A DNA stretch of 60,350 nt from positions 1-60,350 of the forward strand of contig CAZNZQ010000002.1 in the NCBI GenBank assembly GCA_964577675.1, given 5' to 3'. The first letter of the stretch is position 1. Every line of letters starts with the position of its first letter. This DNA is from an uncultured Candidatus Saccharibacteria bacterium. Lineage in GTDB: Bacteria; Patescibacteriota; Minisyncoccia; Phycocordibacterales; UBA5272. A program made the position numbers and the translations under genes. Positions 26,664 to 35,371 of the stretch are shown here, in pieces. The notes below the pieces were generated by a model. That model was not told the origin of the DNA. It did no database searches and was given only the letters and a program-made list of their open reading frames with translations.

Positions 26664-26691
26664 TTGCAAAAACTGTAACAAGGTGTAGTAT
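26664..26691 (+). promoter_or_regulatory. Promoter-like TTGCAA-16 nt-TAGTAT upstream of the Cys-rich ORF
   Basis: TTGCAA at 26664-26669 and TAGTAT at 26686-26691. Confidence 0.4.
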
Positions 26692-26730
26692 CTCTACAGG
26701 TTCACGTAGGTCGTGAAGTGGAGATCTTGT

Positions 26731-26958
26731 ATGGCAACTTTTTTATGCCAGCAGCCCAATTGTATAACAGGTGACGGTAGATGTGCCTGGTACCCAGTTT
26801 GCTCAAAAAAACAGCATGATGACACTACACCCAGTAGTCCTTCGGTGGTGACTCACACCTGTACTTACCCCAACTGCTTGGACCGTGGTCCCGCATGCGA
26901 ACATGGTGGCATTTGTCCGGAGTGGGTTGGCAGGCAGCGGGCTGGTCGTGGGCAGTAA
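26731..26958 (+). CDS. GC-rich 75-aa Cys-rich protein with a duplicated C-x2-PNC-x6-C-x5-C motif
   Basis: GGAG lies 7 nt upstream of the ATG at 26731. The two motif copies are CQQPNCITGDGRCAWYPVC and CTYPNCLDRGPACEHGGIC. The sample line (26881-26940) counts 39/60 G+C. A terminator hairpin lies at 26984-27006. Confidence 0.5.
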   Translation: MATFLCQQPNCITGDGRCAWYPVCSKKQHDDTTPSSPSVVTHTCTYPNCLDRGPACEHGGICPEWVGRQRAGRGQ

Positions 26959-27057
26959 AACCAACTGCCCAAGCACACAAGGGAACGCCACTTACAATGG
27001 CGTTTTCATTTTATGTAACATATAGAATCTATTCTTCCTTTTTGTTATAATTGAGAA

Positions 27058-29001
27058 ATGTCTAATCAAATTCTCACTGTTAATCAAATCCGTACCAAGT
27101 TCCTCTCTTATATGAAGGAGAAAGGACATGCTATTGTCCCGTCCGCGTCTCTTGTCCCCGAGAATGATCCAACTACACTTTTCACTGGGTCTGGAATGCA
27201 ACCAATGCTTCCATATCTCCTCGGGCAACCTCACCCACTAGGGAAGCGTATCGCAGACTCTCAGAAGTCATTCCGTTCACAAGATATAGAAGAGGTGGGG
27301 GACAACCGTCACACTACATTTTTTGAAATGCTCGGTAATTGGTCTTTTGGCGATTACTTTAAGGAAGAAGAAATTACATGGATGTGGACCTTTTTAATTG
27401 ATGAGCTTGGACTTGATCCAAAGAATTTTTATGTAACATGCTTTTCTGGCAACGAGTCTCTTGGTGTCCCACGGGATACTTTCTCGGCAGAGCTATGGCA
27501 AAAGCTCTTTGCTAGTAAGGGGATTACAGCATTAATTTCAGACACCCCAGAAATGGGAATGAAAGATGGAGAAAAAATATTTTATTTTTCTGAAAAAAAG
27601 AATTGGTGGTCACGTAGTGGTGTGCCAGCTAATATGCCTGACGGCGAGCCGGGTGGCCCAGACTCCGAGATGTTTTATGATTTTGACCCAGATCTTTCTA
27701 AGAAGATACATGAGAATAGTAAGTGGGCATCTGAGCCATGTCACGTGAATTGTGACTGCGGACGATTTCTTGAAATTGGTAACAACGTTTTCATGCAGTA
27801 TAAAAAGACGGTAAGTGGATTCGAAGAACTCCCTCAGATGAACGTAGACCACGGGTCAGGTCTTGAGCGTTATGCAGCTGCGCTCCGTAATGATCCAGAT
27901 GTTTTTAACGTAGATGTTTTTGACGAACCTAAGAAAACAATAGAAAGACTCTCAGGTAAGGCATATGGTGTAGACGATGTTAGTACGTACGCATACCGTG
28001 TTGTGCTCGACCATATACGTTCTGCTACATTTTTGATAGGGGACGACGTGCTACCTGGGAATAAAGACCAGATGTATTTCGTGCGTCGATTGATTCGACG
28101 TGCGGTGAGGTTTGCACGTAACCTGGGCGTGATGGAGAATTTTACAAAAGAAATTGGCGCATCATTTATTAATGTCTATAAGGATGAGTATAAGAACTTA
28201 GAGGAGAAGTGGGAAGTTATTTTGAATGAGCTTGATAAAGAAGAAAGTAAGTTTAGGAAGACACTTGAGAATGGGATTAAACAATTTGAAAAGTGCGTCA
28301 TAGAGATAAGAAAATCTGTTGAGGGAAAAGATGTTTCAGCAGATAGACATATATCGGGTCGTGATGCTTTTGACCTACTTCAGTCATACGGCTTCCCGAT
28401 CGAGCTAACAGAAGAACTTGCACTTGAAAGAGGTATAACAGTAGACCGTGCTGCCTTTGATGAAGAAAAGAAGAAACACTCTGAAGAGTCTCGCACGGCG
28501 TCAGCAGGTAAGTTTAAAGGGGGGTTAGGTGGGGGCGGAGAGACGGAAGTGAAGTACCACACCGCAACACACCTTCTTCACGAAGCGCTCCGTCAGGTGC
28601 TCGGCGATCATGTGTTACAAAAAGGGTCTAATATTACGGCAGAGCGACTGCGATTCGACTTTTCTCATGGAGAGAAAATGACTGATGAGCAAAAAGCTGA
28701 AGTAGAGAAGATGGTGAACGACGTGATCGCAAAAGACCTGCCGGTGCATCGTGAAGAAGTGACTTATGACGAAGCGCGAGCGCGCGGCGCAATCGGGGTG
28801 TTTGATAACAAGTACACTGAGAAGGTGTCTATCTATACTATTGGTAACGAGACAGGTGTGCGCGGGCAAGCTAACCTTTTCTCGATGGAATTCTGTGGCG
28901 GACCTCACGTAGAGCGCACTAGTGTGCTTGGGAAGTTCAAGATAGCAAAAGAAGAAGCTGTGTCCGCTGGGGTCAGAAGAATAAAGGCTGTACTCGAGTA
29001 A
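27058..29001 (+). CDS. alaS: Alanyl-tRNA synthetase, short form lacking the C-Ala domain
   Basis: Contains LFTGSGMQP, the editing-site HTATHLLH and CGGPHV. It ends at GVRRIKAVLE after 647 aa. Confidence 0.95.
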   Translation: MSNQILTVNQIRTKFLSYMKEKGHAIVPSASLVPENDPTTLFTGSGMQPMLPYLLGQPHPLGKRIADSQKSFRSQDIEEVGDNRHTTFFEMLGNWSFGDYFKEEEITWMWTFLIDELGLDPKNFYVTCFSGNESLGVPRDTFSAELWQKLFASKGITALISDTPEMGMKDGEKIFYFSEKKNWWSRSGVPANMPDGEPGGPDSEMFYDFDPDLSKKIHENSKWASEPCHVNCDCGRFLEIGNNVFMQYKKTVSGFEELPQMNVDHGSGLERYAAALRNDPDVFNVDVFDEPKKTIERLSGKAYGVDDVSTYAYRVVLDHIRSATFLIGDDVLPGNKDQMYFVRRLIRRAVRFARNLGVMENFTKEIGASFINVYKDEYKNLEEKWEVILNELDKEESKFRKTLENGIKQFEKCVIEIRKSVEGKDVSADRHISGRDAFDLLQSYGFPIELTEELALERGITVDRAAFDEEKKKHSEESRTASAGKFKGGLGGGGETEVKYHTATHLLHEALRQVLGDHVLQKGSNITAERLRFDFSHGEKMTDEQKAEVEKMVNDVIAKDLPVHREEVTYDEARARGAIGVFDNKYTEKVSIYTIGNETGVRGQANLFSMEFCGGPHVERTSVLGKFKIAKEEAVSAGVRRIKAVLE

Positions 29002-29002
29002 G

Positions 29003-29049
29003 GGAAATACAAAAGGCCGATGCTGTGGGCGTCGCCCTTTTGTATTTCC
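29003..29049 (+). terminator. 14-bp stem hairpin after alaS
   Basis: The stem arms are ggaaatacaaaagg and ccttttgtatttcc. Confidence 0.65.
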
Positions 29050-29050
29050 A

Positions 29051-29072
29051 CTAGTAACTAGTAACCAGTAAC
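29051..29072 (+). repeat. CTAGTAA heptamer x3 (three-frame stop block)
   Basis: The copies are ctagtaa, ctagtaa and ccagtaa. TAG/TAA stops fall in all three plus-strand frames. The 15-mer at 29055-29069 recurs inverted at 43218-43232. Confidence 0.7.
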
Positions 29073-29086
29073 TATATACTATCCTT

Positions 29087-29476
29087 ATGAACCAAGACGC
29101 GTTCCTCACGGTTGCTGTAGGAGACACTTCAACACTCATCAACTATATTGTTGATGGGCATATTGTTGTCTCACATGTACACCCATTCGGATATAAGAAC
29201 ATAGAAGCAGAAGAGATGAACATAACAGCGGGGTCTAAATTCATGGACGGGATCCTGTATACTTACGAATTTATTTCTCTACATGATAGAGTGCCGACTG
29301 AAGTGCGTCTCATTGCTAAGCGCTATGCAACATGGATCGGAGAGGTGATAGAGAATACGTCTTATTCACAGTTCTATACAAACGGGGTTCCGGTGAGTGT
29401 TACACTAGAAGGGATTAAGGACGTTCCTCTGTCATATGCAAGACATTCGCAAACCATACACTCGTTCAAGGTCTAG
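29087..29476 (+). CDS. Hypothetical protein
   Basis: 129-aa ORF. The ATG lies 6 nt after TATACT (29075-29080). No family was recognised. Confidence 0.5.
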   Translation: MNQDAFLTVAVGDTSTLINYIVDGHIVVSHVHPFGYKNIEAEEMNITAGSKFMDGILYTYEFISLHDRVPTEVRLIAKRYATWIGEVIENTSYSQFYTNGVPVSVTLEGIKDVPLSYARHSQTIHSFKV

Positions 29477-30830
29477 CGAAGACCTTTCTGCTCGCCTTGA
29501 GCGCTTTCATGATGACCGGAATCGAGACACTCGTGGATACGAAGACGAGGAGTCTGTTCGCATTCCTGTGAGAGGCAATAGAATGCAGGGAGGTATTACA
29601 AGACGCAGAGACTACGAAGAAGATGTCGATTGGCAGGACGAAGAACCATACCGCCCAAGAGTGCGAGACGTGCACGAGCGTCCTAAAATAAGAAGACAGA
29701 GACCGAAAGCCTCATCATTTGTTTTCGGTACAGGCCTTATTCTCTTCGCTGGAGCTGTTCTTCTCTACACATACGTTTTTGATAGCGCAACTATTACCAT
29801 GGTGCCAAAGTACAAAGACGTTCAAGACTTTAGTCGTGTTGTTACCTTTGCAAAAGAAGGGGACGGCACAAACTCAGTGCCCTATTTAGTTGAGACAGTG
29901 TCACTCTCAAAGTCCAAAGTCCTAACTCGTTCCGAGTCTCGTAAGGTTGAAACTAGGGCTTCAGGTCGCGCGACTATCTATAATAATTTTGATGACGAAC
30001 CTCAAAAGCTCATCAAGAATACCCGCTTCGAATCATCTACAGGTAAAATATACCGCATTGGTGAGTCGGTTACAGTACCAGGCAAGACAGGTGCTTTGCC
30101 TGGCGCTGTTGAAGTAACTCTTTTGGCTGATAGTGCAGGCGCTGACTACAACATTGCCTCGACCGACTTTACTATTCCAGGCTTTAAAGGGACGCCTAGA
30201 TATGAAGGCTTCTATGCAAAATCAAAAACAGCAATAAGTGGCGGCTCATCTGGTTCCAAGTCCCTCGTTTCTCTTGCTGACATCAATGCAGCAAAAGATG
30301 CACTAGCAATTGAACTGGAGAAAGAGATAAAACAAGAGCTGTTAAAGATTAAAAAGGACGGTTACGTGCCCGCTGTGGACGCAGTCGAAGTTATCTATGA
30401 GGATAACGAAAGTGAACTATTAAACGGAGATGGGGAAATGTACAAAGTGACAGCGACAGGGCATGTGATGCTTGCTAACTCTTCCAGATTAGCAGAAGTC
30501 ATAGCATCCACAATAGTTGGTTACGACAAGGCTCCGGTTCGCTTGGGGTACACAGAAACCCTGAGCTTTGTAAGAAGAGAAGCTAATCCTATCGTGAACG
30601 CTACTTCGCTGCCGATCTTAGTAGAAGGTGTCCCTCGGGTTATATGGTCAGTAGATAAAGAAGCCATAAAGACAATGGTCTTAGGCAAAGATACAGATGA
30701 ATTTAAGACCTTAATGAAATCAATTCTTTCTATTGAGAGTGCAGAGATTCGCTTCTCGCCTATGTGGCTTTCTCACTTCCCTAATAGTGTAGAAAAGATA
30801 GGGATAGAAGAATCTCTCCCTAAGCGTTGA
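29436..30830 (+). CDS. Membrane-anchored protein with a charged N-terminus, hypothetical
   Basis: Arg/Asp/Glu-rich N-terminal 90 aa, one TM segment (FVFGTGLILFAGAVLLYTYVF) and a large extracytoplasmic domain. Confidence 0.65.
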   Translation: MQDIRKPYTRSRSSEDLSARLERFHDDRNRDTRGYEDEESVRIPVRGNRMQGGITRRRDYEEDVDWQDEEPYRPRVRDVHERPKIRRQRPKASSFVFGTGLILFAGAVLLYTYVFDSATITMVPKYKDVQDFSRVVTFAKEGDGTNSVPYLVETVSLSKSKVLTRSESRKVETRASGRATIYNNFDDEPQKLIKNTRFESSTGKIYRIGESVTVPGKTGALPGAVEVTLLADSAGADYNIASTDFTIPGFKGTPRYEGFYAKSKTAISGGSSGSKSLVSLADINAAKDALAIELEKEIKQELLKIKKDGYVPAVDAVEVIYEDNESELLNGDGEMYKVTATGHVMLANSSRLAEVIASTIVGYDKAPVRLGYTETLSFVRREANPIVNATSLPILVEGVPRVIWSVDKEAIKTMVLGKDTDEFKTLMKSILSIESAEIRFSPMWLSHFPNSVEKIGIEESLPKR

Positions 30831-30871
30831 TTTTAAAGGATAATTTTGATACACTTTCAGTCTTGCTTTAT

Positions 30872-31099
30872 ATGGATGAAAAAGAAAATCTAGAAGATGA
30901 AATTGAGACTATAGAAGGACGTGTTATAGAAGCACTCCCTAGTACTCTTTTTAGAATAGAAACATCAAAAGGCCAAAGCCTCATATCTTATTTGGGCGGG
31001 CGCATGCGAGTCCATAAGATTAAAGTTCTCGTGGGTGACAAAGTTGTTGTGCAGGTTGATCCATACGGAGGGAAAGGAAGAATCATCAAAAGACTGTAA
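30872..31099 (+). CDS. infA: Translation initiation factor IF-1
   Basis: S1-like fold: IEGRVIEALPSTLFRIE...GRMRVHKIKVLVGDKV. The start is trimmed to MDEKENLE. Confidence 0.9.
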   Translation: MDEKENLEDEIETIEGRVIEALPSTLFRIETSKGQSLISYLGGRMRVHKIKVLVGDKVVVQVDPYGGKGRIIKRL

Positions 31100-31199
31100 A
31101 AAATTAGGAGATAGTAGTTGTGAGTTAGGGGGTAATGCGCTAAGAATTCCAGAGCCTGCCTCTAACCCTTAAGTACTAGCCCCTAAACTATAGAAATGT

Positions 31200-31228
31200 T
31201 TGCATTATTTATCAAGATATAGTATAAT
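31200..31228 (+). promoter_or_regulatory. Promoter TTGCAT-17 nt-TATAAT upstream of rpmJ
   Basis: The -35 box is at 31200-31205 and the -10 box at 31223-31228. The ATG lies 16 nt downstream with no SD. Confidence 0.55.
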
Positions 31229-31244
31229 TGGACCCATATTTTTC

Positions 31245-31358
31245 ATGAAAGTACGATCATCAGTAAAGAAGATTTGCTCAAGTTGCCAAATGCTTAAACG
31301 CGGTGGTGTTCTTCGTGTTATTTGTAGCAATCCTAAGCACAAACAAGCCCAAGGGTAA
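31245..31358 (+). CDS. rpmJ: Ribosomal protein bL36
   Basis: The 37-aa product is [37 protein letters not shown]. It is missing from the ORF track because of its size. Confidence 0.9.
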   Translation: MKVRSSVKKICSSCQMLKRGGVLRVICSNPKHKQAQG

Positions 31359-31392
31359 GTTTTAGTTTAACCACATATTCCAATCATTATTT

Positions 31393-31773
31393 ATGCGTAT
31401 CTCAGGTATTACTCTCCCAGAAAATAAAAGACTAGAAATAGCTCTTACAGCTGTGTTTGGTGTTGGGCGTTCTCGAGCTATGAAGATTATCGAGAAGCTA
31501 GCGCTTGACCCAGGGATGAAGACTACAGAACTCACTGGAGATCAAGAGAACCTTATTCGTCGTGAGATTGAAGCTTTCAAGACTGAAGGTGACTTACGTC
31601 GTGAGGTCCAGCAGAATATCAAGCGTCTCAAGGATATTAAGAGTTACAGAGGAACTCGTCACATAAAGCACCTTCCTGCGCGTGGACAAAGAACAAAGAC
31701 TAACAGCCGTACTGTCCGTGGTAACAAGCGTGTAACTATGGGAAGTGGTCGTCGTAAGGTTGAGAAGACCTAA
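31393..31773 (+). CDS. rpsM: Ribosomal protein uS13
   Basis: Begins MRISGITLPENKRLEIALTAVFGVG and has a basic C-terminus. Confidence 0.95.
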   Translation: MRISGITLPENKRLEIALTAVFGVGRSRAMKIIEKLALDPGMKTTELTGDQENLIRREIEAFKTEGDLRREVQQNIKRLKDIKSYRGTRHIKHLPARGQRTKTNSRTVRGNKRVTMGSGRRKVEKT

Positions 31774-31799
31774 AATATAATTATTAATATCGTACACCT

Positions 31800-32234
31800 A
31801 TGGGAAAGAAACGTATCGTAAAAAAGAATAGCTCTGGTGTTGATAGCGCTCTAAAAGCGAGATCACTAGCTAAAGCAGTAAAGAAGAAGATTGTTGAAGG
31901 AACACTCTTTGTTGAGTCTTCATACAACAACACTCGCCTAACACTATCTGATAAGACAGGTAACGTTTTAGCGTGGTCATCATCAGGTGCTCTTGGCTTC
32001 AAGGGTGCTAAGAAGGGGACCCCTTTCGCTGCTTCTAAGATTGGCGAGCTTATTGGTGAGAAGGCACAGCAGATTGGCGTTAAGGAAGTTAACGTAATAG
32101 TTAAGGGTGTTGGTTCAGGAAGAGAATCAGCTATCAGAGCTTTCTCAGCTTTTGGCGTAGATATCATGTCTATTGTAGATAAGACACCTGTTCCACATAA
32201 TGGACCTAAGCCTCGTAAGCCACGTCACGTCTAG
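31800..32234 (+). CDS. rpsK: Ribosomal protein uS11
   Basis: Contains GFKGAKKGTPFAAS and VKGVGSGRESAIRA. Confidence 0.95.
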   Translation: MGKKRIVKKNSSGVDSALKARSLAKAVKKKIVEGTLFVESSYNNTRLTLSDKTGNVLAWSSSGALGFKGAKKGTPFAASKIGELIGEKAQQIGVKEVNVIVKGVGSGRESAIRAFSAFGVDIMSIVDKTPVPHNGPKPRKPRHV

Positions 32235-32253
32235 TAGTAATTATTTAAACAGT

Positions 32254-32874
32254 ATGCCAAGAATAACTTGTAAAATTTGCCGAAGACTAGGAGAAAACGT
32301 TTGTGGACGTGAAAAGTGTGCTTATAAGAAGCGTCCTTACGCTCCAGGTAAGCTCGATAGCGAGCGAAAGCACCGTTCTAATGTTTCTGAATACGGTGAA
32401 CAGCTTCGTGCTAAGCAGAAGATGCGACACACATATGGTCTTACCGAAAAACAGTTTGAGAAGTATGTGAAGCTTGCAACTAAAGCTCATGAGACAGGTG
32501 AGGGTTCAACAACACCAGCGCTTAAGCTTTACCGTGAGCTTGAATCACGTCTTGATAACATTGCTTTCCGTTCTGGATTCGCTAATACAAGAGCGCTCGC
32601 TCGTCAAATCGTTTCTCATGGCCACGTTACAGTGAATGGTCGTAGGGTAACAATTGCTTCTCATCAGGTGACAGTAGGGGATGTTGTAGCTATCCGTGAG
32701 GGTAGTAAGACAAGTAAACTCTTTACAGGACTTGAGGAAAAGTTAACTAACGGAGCACCAACATACACTTTCTCTGCTAACCCTAAAGCGTTATCGATTG
32801 AAGTTAAGGAAGCCCCTAGAGAGGTGGAACCAATATTTGATACTCAGAAGGTACTCGAATACTACTCTCGCTAA
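32254..32874 (+). CDS. rpsD: Ribosomal protein uS4
   Basis: N-terminal Cys-rich segment and an S4 RNA-binding domain (LDNIAFRSGFANTRALARQIVSHGHVTVNG). The start is trimmed to MPRITCK. Confidence 0.9.
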   Translation: MPRITCKICRRLGENVCGREKCAYKKRPYAPGKLDSERKHRSNVSEYGEQLRAKQKMRHTYGLTEKQFEKYVKLATKAHETGEGSTTPALKLYRELESRLDNIAFRSGFANTRALARQIVSHGHVTVNGRRVTIASHQVTVGDVVAIREGSKTSKLFTGLEEKLTNGAPTYTFSANPKALSIEVKEAPREVEPIFDTQKVLEYYSR

Positions 32875-33018
32875 GTTTTTGCTTGAAGTGTAAGCTTTTT
32901 CCACTAGCATACACTTGCACTTTTCGCAAATCTGGGTTAGAATAATACAACTTTGTTCTAAAAGTGCAAAGTGCGCGTCACTTATTAAGCTTAAATACTA
33001 GTCTAACTTTTATTGTAT

Positions 33019-33978
33019 ATGTCTTCACATTCTATCATTTTGCCATCAAAGCCGAAGATCATTAAGGAGGATGCTGCCTTCGGTGTCTATGAGATCGACG
33101 GTCTTTACCCAGGATACGGACACACACTAGGAAATTCGCTACGTCGTATTATCCTTTCGTCTATTCCAGGAGCGTCTATCACTGCGCTCTCAATAGATGG
33201 TGTAAAGCATGAATTCTCTACAATTGATGGAATCAAGGAAGACGTTATTTCAATCATCCTTAATCTAAAGAAGACTCGCTTTAAGTTACACGGTGACGAT
33301 GCACAAAAGGCAACTCTTCACATCAAGGGCGCTAAGACAGTTACAGCAAAAGACATTTCTCTGCCTTCACAGTTAGAGGTGATGAACGCCGATCAGTACA
33401 TTTGTGAATCTACTACCAAGGATCTCGATATTGCAATTGAGATTACAGTGGAGAAGGGGCTCGGCTATGTACCTCGTGAAATTCTTCAAAAGGAAAAAGC
33501 TGACATCGGAACTATTTTCCTCGACGCATCATTTACTCCAATTCGTCGCGCTTCATACGAGGTCGAGAATATGCGTGTTGGTGACAGAACAGACCACAAC
33601 AGACTAAGGGTTACTATTGAGACTGATGGTACAATCTCTCCTCATGACGCACTTGAGTCATCAATCCAGACTATGATTACACAGTTACAGTCAGTGGTTG
33701 GGTTCCGCGAGACAGTTATTGACTACCCTAAGGATGTAACAGAGGCACCAGTTGCTCAAATTGCCGAAGATGAGACCGACGCATCTAAGGTAAAGATAGA
33801 AGACCTTGGCCTCTCTACTCGTACAGAAAACGCTCTCGTCGCAGCAGCTGTTCGTACTGCAGGAGGGCTTGCACGCAAGTCACAGGATGATCTATTGGCT
33901 ATTGATGGTTTAGGTGAGAAAGGAATCTCTGAGATTAAGAAGGCGTTAGAAGACCTCGGGCTAGAGCTTAAGGCTTAA
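33019..33978 (+). CDS. rpoA: RNA polymerase alpha subunit
   Basis: Contains GHTLGNSLRRILLSS-like GYGHTLGNSLRRIILSSIPG and a C-terminal HhH (IEDLGLSTRTENAL). Confidence 0.95.
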   Translation: MSSHSIILPSKPKIIKEDAAFGVYEIDGLYPGYGHTLGNSLRRIILSSIPGASITALSIDGVKHEFSTIDGIKEDVISIILNLKKTRFKLHGDDAQKATLHIKGAKTVTAKDISLPSQLEVMNADQYICESTTKDLDIAIEITVEKGLGYVPREILQKEKADIGTIFLDASFTPIRRASYEVENMRVGDRTDHNRLRVTIETDGTISPHDALESSIQTMITQLQSVVGFRETVIDYPKDVTEAPVAQIAEDETDASKVKIEDLGLSTRTENALVAAAVRTAGGLARKSQDDLLAIDGLGEKGISEIKKALEDLGLELKA

Positions 33979-34013
33979 GTATCATTAATAAAGCAGAAAT
34001 TAGTTAACGGCGT

Positions 34014-34367
34014 ATGAAACATCACAATGCAAAGAGAAAATTCGGAAGAGAAAAGAACGAACGTAAGGCGTTTATTCGCTCCCTCATGATTAACCTTATA
34101 AGACATGGCTCAATCGAGACTACCTTAGCTCGCGCAAAGGAGATTAGGCCACTTGTCGAGAAACTGGTTACACTTTCAAAGGAAGATACAGTTACACGTC
34201 GCCGCCTAATCATGTCTCGTCTTCTTAATCAGGACATTGAAGTAGGAAAGCTTTTTTCAGAATATGCGCCTAAGTATAAGGAAGTAAATGGTGGTTACTT
34301 GAGGATTCTCAAGCTGCATACCCGTCTTTCTGATGGTGCTGAGAAAGCTGTAATCGAATTCGTTTAA
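34014..34367 (+). CDS. rplQ: Ribosomal protein bL17
   Basis: Contains KRKFGREKNERKAFIRSL..ETTLARAKEIRPLVEKL. Confidence 0.95.
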   Translation: MKHHNAKRKFGREKNERKAFIRSLMINLIRHGSIETTLARAKEIRPLVEKLVTLSKEDTVTRRRLIMSRLLNQDIEVGKLFSEYAPKYKEVNGGYLRILKLHTRLSDGAEKAVIEFV

Positions 34368-34385
34368 TAAAATAATAACTATCGT

Positions 34386-34733
34386 ATGAAGAATCACGTA
34401 ATTGACGCAACAGGAAAGCCACTAGGAAGACTCGCTTCGGAAGTAGCAGCTCTTCTCAACGCAAAGGATAGTGTTACTTTTGTTAAGAATGTTGCAGCTC
34501 CTGTGACTGTCACTGTAGAAAATGCCAGCAAAGTAAAAGTAACAGGGAACAAGATGAATGAAAGTGTTCATAAGTCATATTCTGGCTACCCAGGAGGACT
34601 TAAGGAGCGCCCGCTTAAGTATGTGGTTGAGAATAAAGGCTACAGCGAGCTCATCAAGCACGCAGTAATGGGTATGCTTCCAAAGAACAGACTTCAGGAT
34701 GTTCGCATCAAAAATTTAATTATTAAAGACTAA
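34386..34733 (+). CDS. rplM: Ribosomal protein uL13 (short)
   Basis: Contains IDATGKPLGRLASEVAALL and GMLPKNRL. Confidence 0.9.
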   Translation: MKNHVIDATGKPLGRLASEVAALLNAKDSVTFVKNVAAPVTVTVENASKVKVTGNKMNESVHKSYSGYPGGLKERPLKYVVENKGYSELIKHAVMGMLPKNRLQDVRIKNLIIKD

Positions 34734-34743
34734 CTAAGGAAAT

Positions 34744-35151
34744 ATGTCAGCAGATACAAAAAATCGTTATATAGAAGCTGTGGGACGCCGCAAGACAGCG
34801 ACTGCTCGAGTTCGTGTTACGCCTTCGACCAAGCCTTCATTTACAGTAAATGACAAGGATGTAAGAGAATATTTCGTAACAAGCGACCTGCAGTCAATTG
34901 CTCAAGAAGCTATCTCAAAGTCAGAAATTGGTGAAAAGTTTCAGGTAACTATACAGGTAGTAGGTGGTGGTATCCACGCTCAAGCTGAGGCGGTGCGTCA
35001 CGGTCTCTCACGTACTCTCGTCCTACGTGACGAACAGGTGAAGAACATCCTTAAGAAACTAGGTTTCCTTAAGCGTGATCCTCGCCAGGTTGAACGTAAG
35101 AAGTTCGGACTTAAGAAAGCTCGCAAGGCTCCAACTTGGTCAAAGAGATAG
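34744..35151 (+). CDS. rpsI: Ribosomal protein uS9
   Basis: Contains GRRKTATARV, GGGIHAQAEAVRHGLSR and a C-terminal KKARKAPTWSKR. Confidence 0.95.
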   Translation: MSADTKNRYIEAVGRRKTATARVRVTPSTKPSFTVNDKDVREYFVTSDLQSIAQEAISKSEIGEKFQVTIQVVGGGIHAQAEAVRHGLSRTLVLRDEQVKNILKKLGFLKRDPRQVERKKFGLKKARKAPTWSKR

Positions 35152-35305
35152 CAAAACTATTTCACATACTTTGCCACTACGGGATTTTTCTCAATCAGTG
35201 TATTGCTCGTACACCCATTCCAAAAATCCTTAGGCTTTTTGTATCTAAAACAGTTTTGTGTCTCTTGAAATTAAGAGCGTTAGTTGTTTCTATTTTTTAC
35301 AATAC

Positions 35306-35331
35306 AAAAAGCTCCCAGACGGGAGCTTTTT
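35306..35331. terminator. Bidirectional terminator between rpsI and pyk
   Basis: aaaaagctccc-agac-gggagcttttt. Confidence 0.8.
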
Positions 35332-35371
35332 GTTTATAGACAATCATTAAAATTGGGGGCGAGTAGTATCT

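Noticed and set aside
28615-29142. 175-aa minus-strand ORF overlapping the alaS 3' end, plus similar antisense ORFs inside rpsK (31784-32167), dnaJ (42322-42666), gltX (56908-57312) and pyk (35418-36311)
   Set aside because: They lie entirely within confidently identified genes on the other strand and have no motifs. They are typical shadow ORFs.
35136-35339. 67-aa ORF downstream of rpsI
   Set aside because: It starts inside the rpsI 3' end and runs through the bidirectional terminator at 35306-35331. Its composition is non-protein-like.
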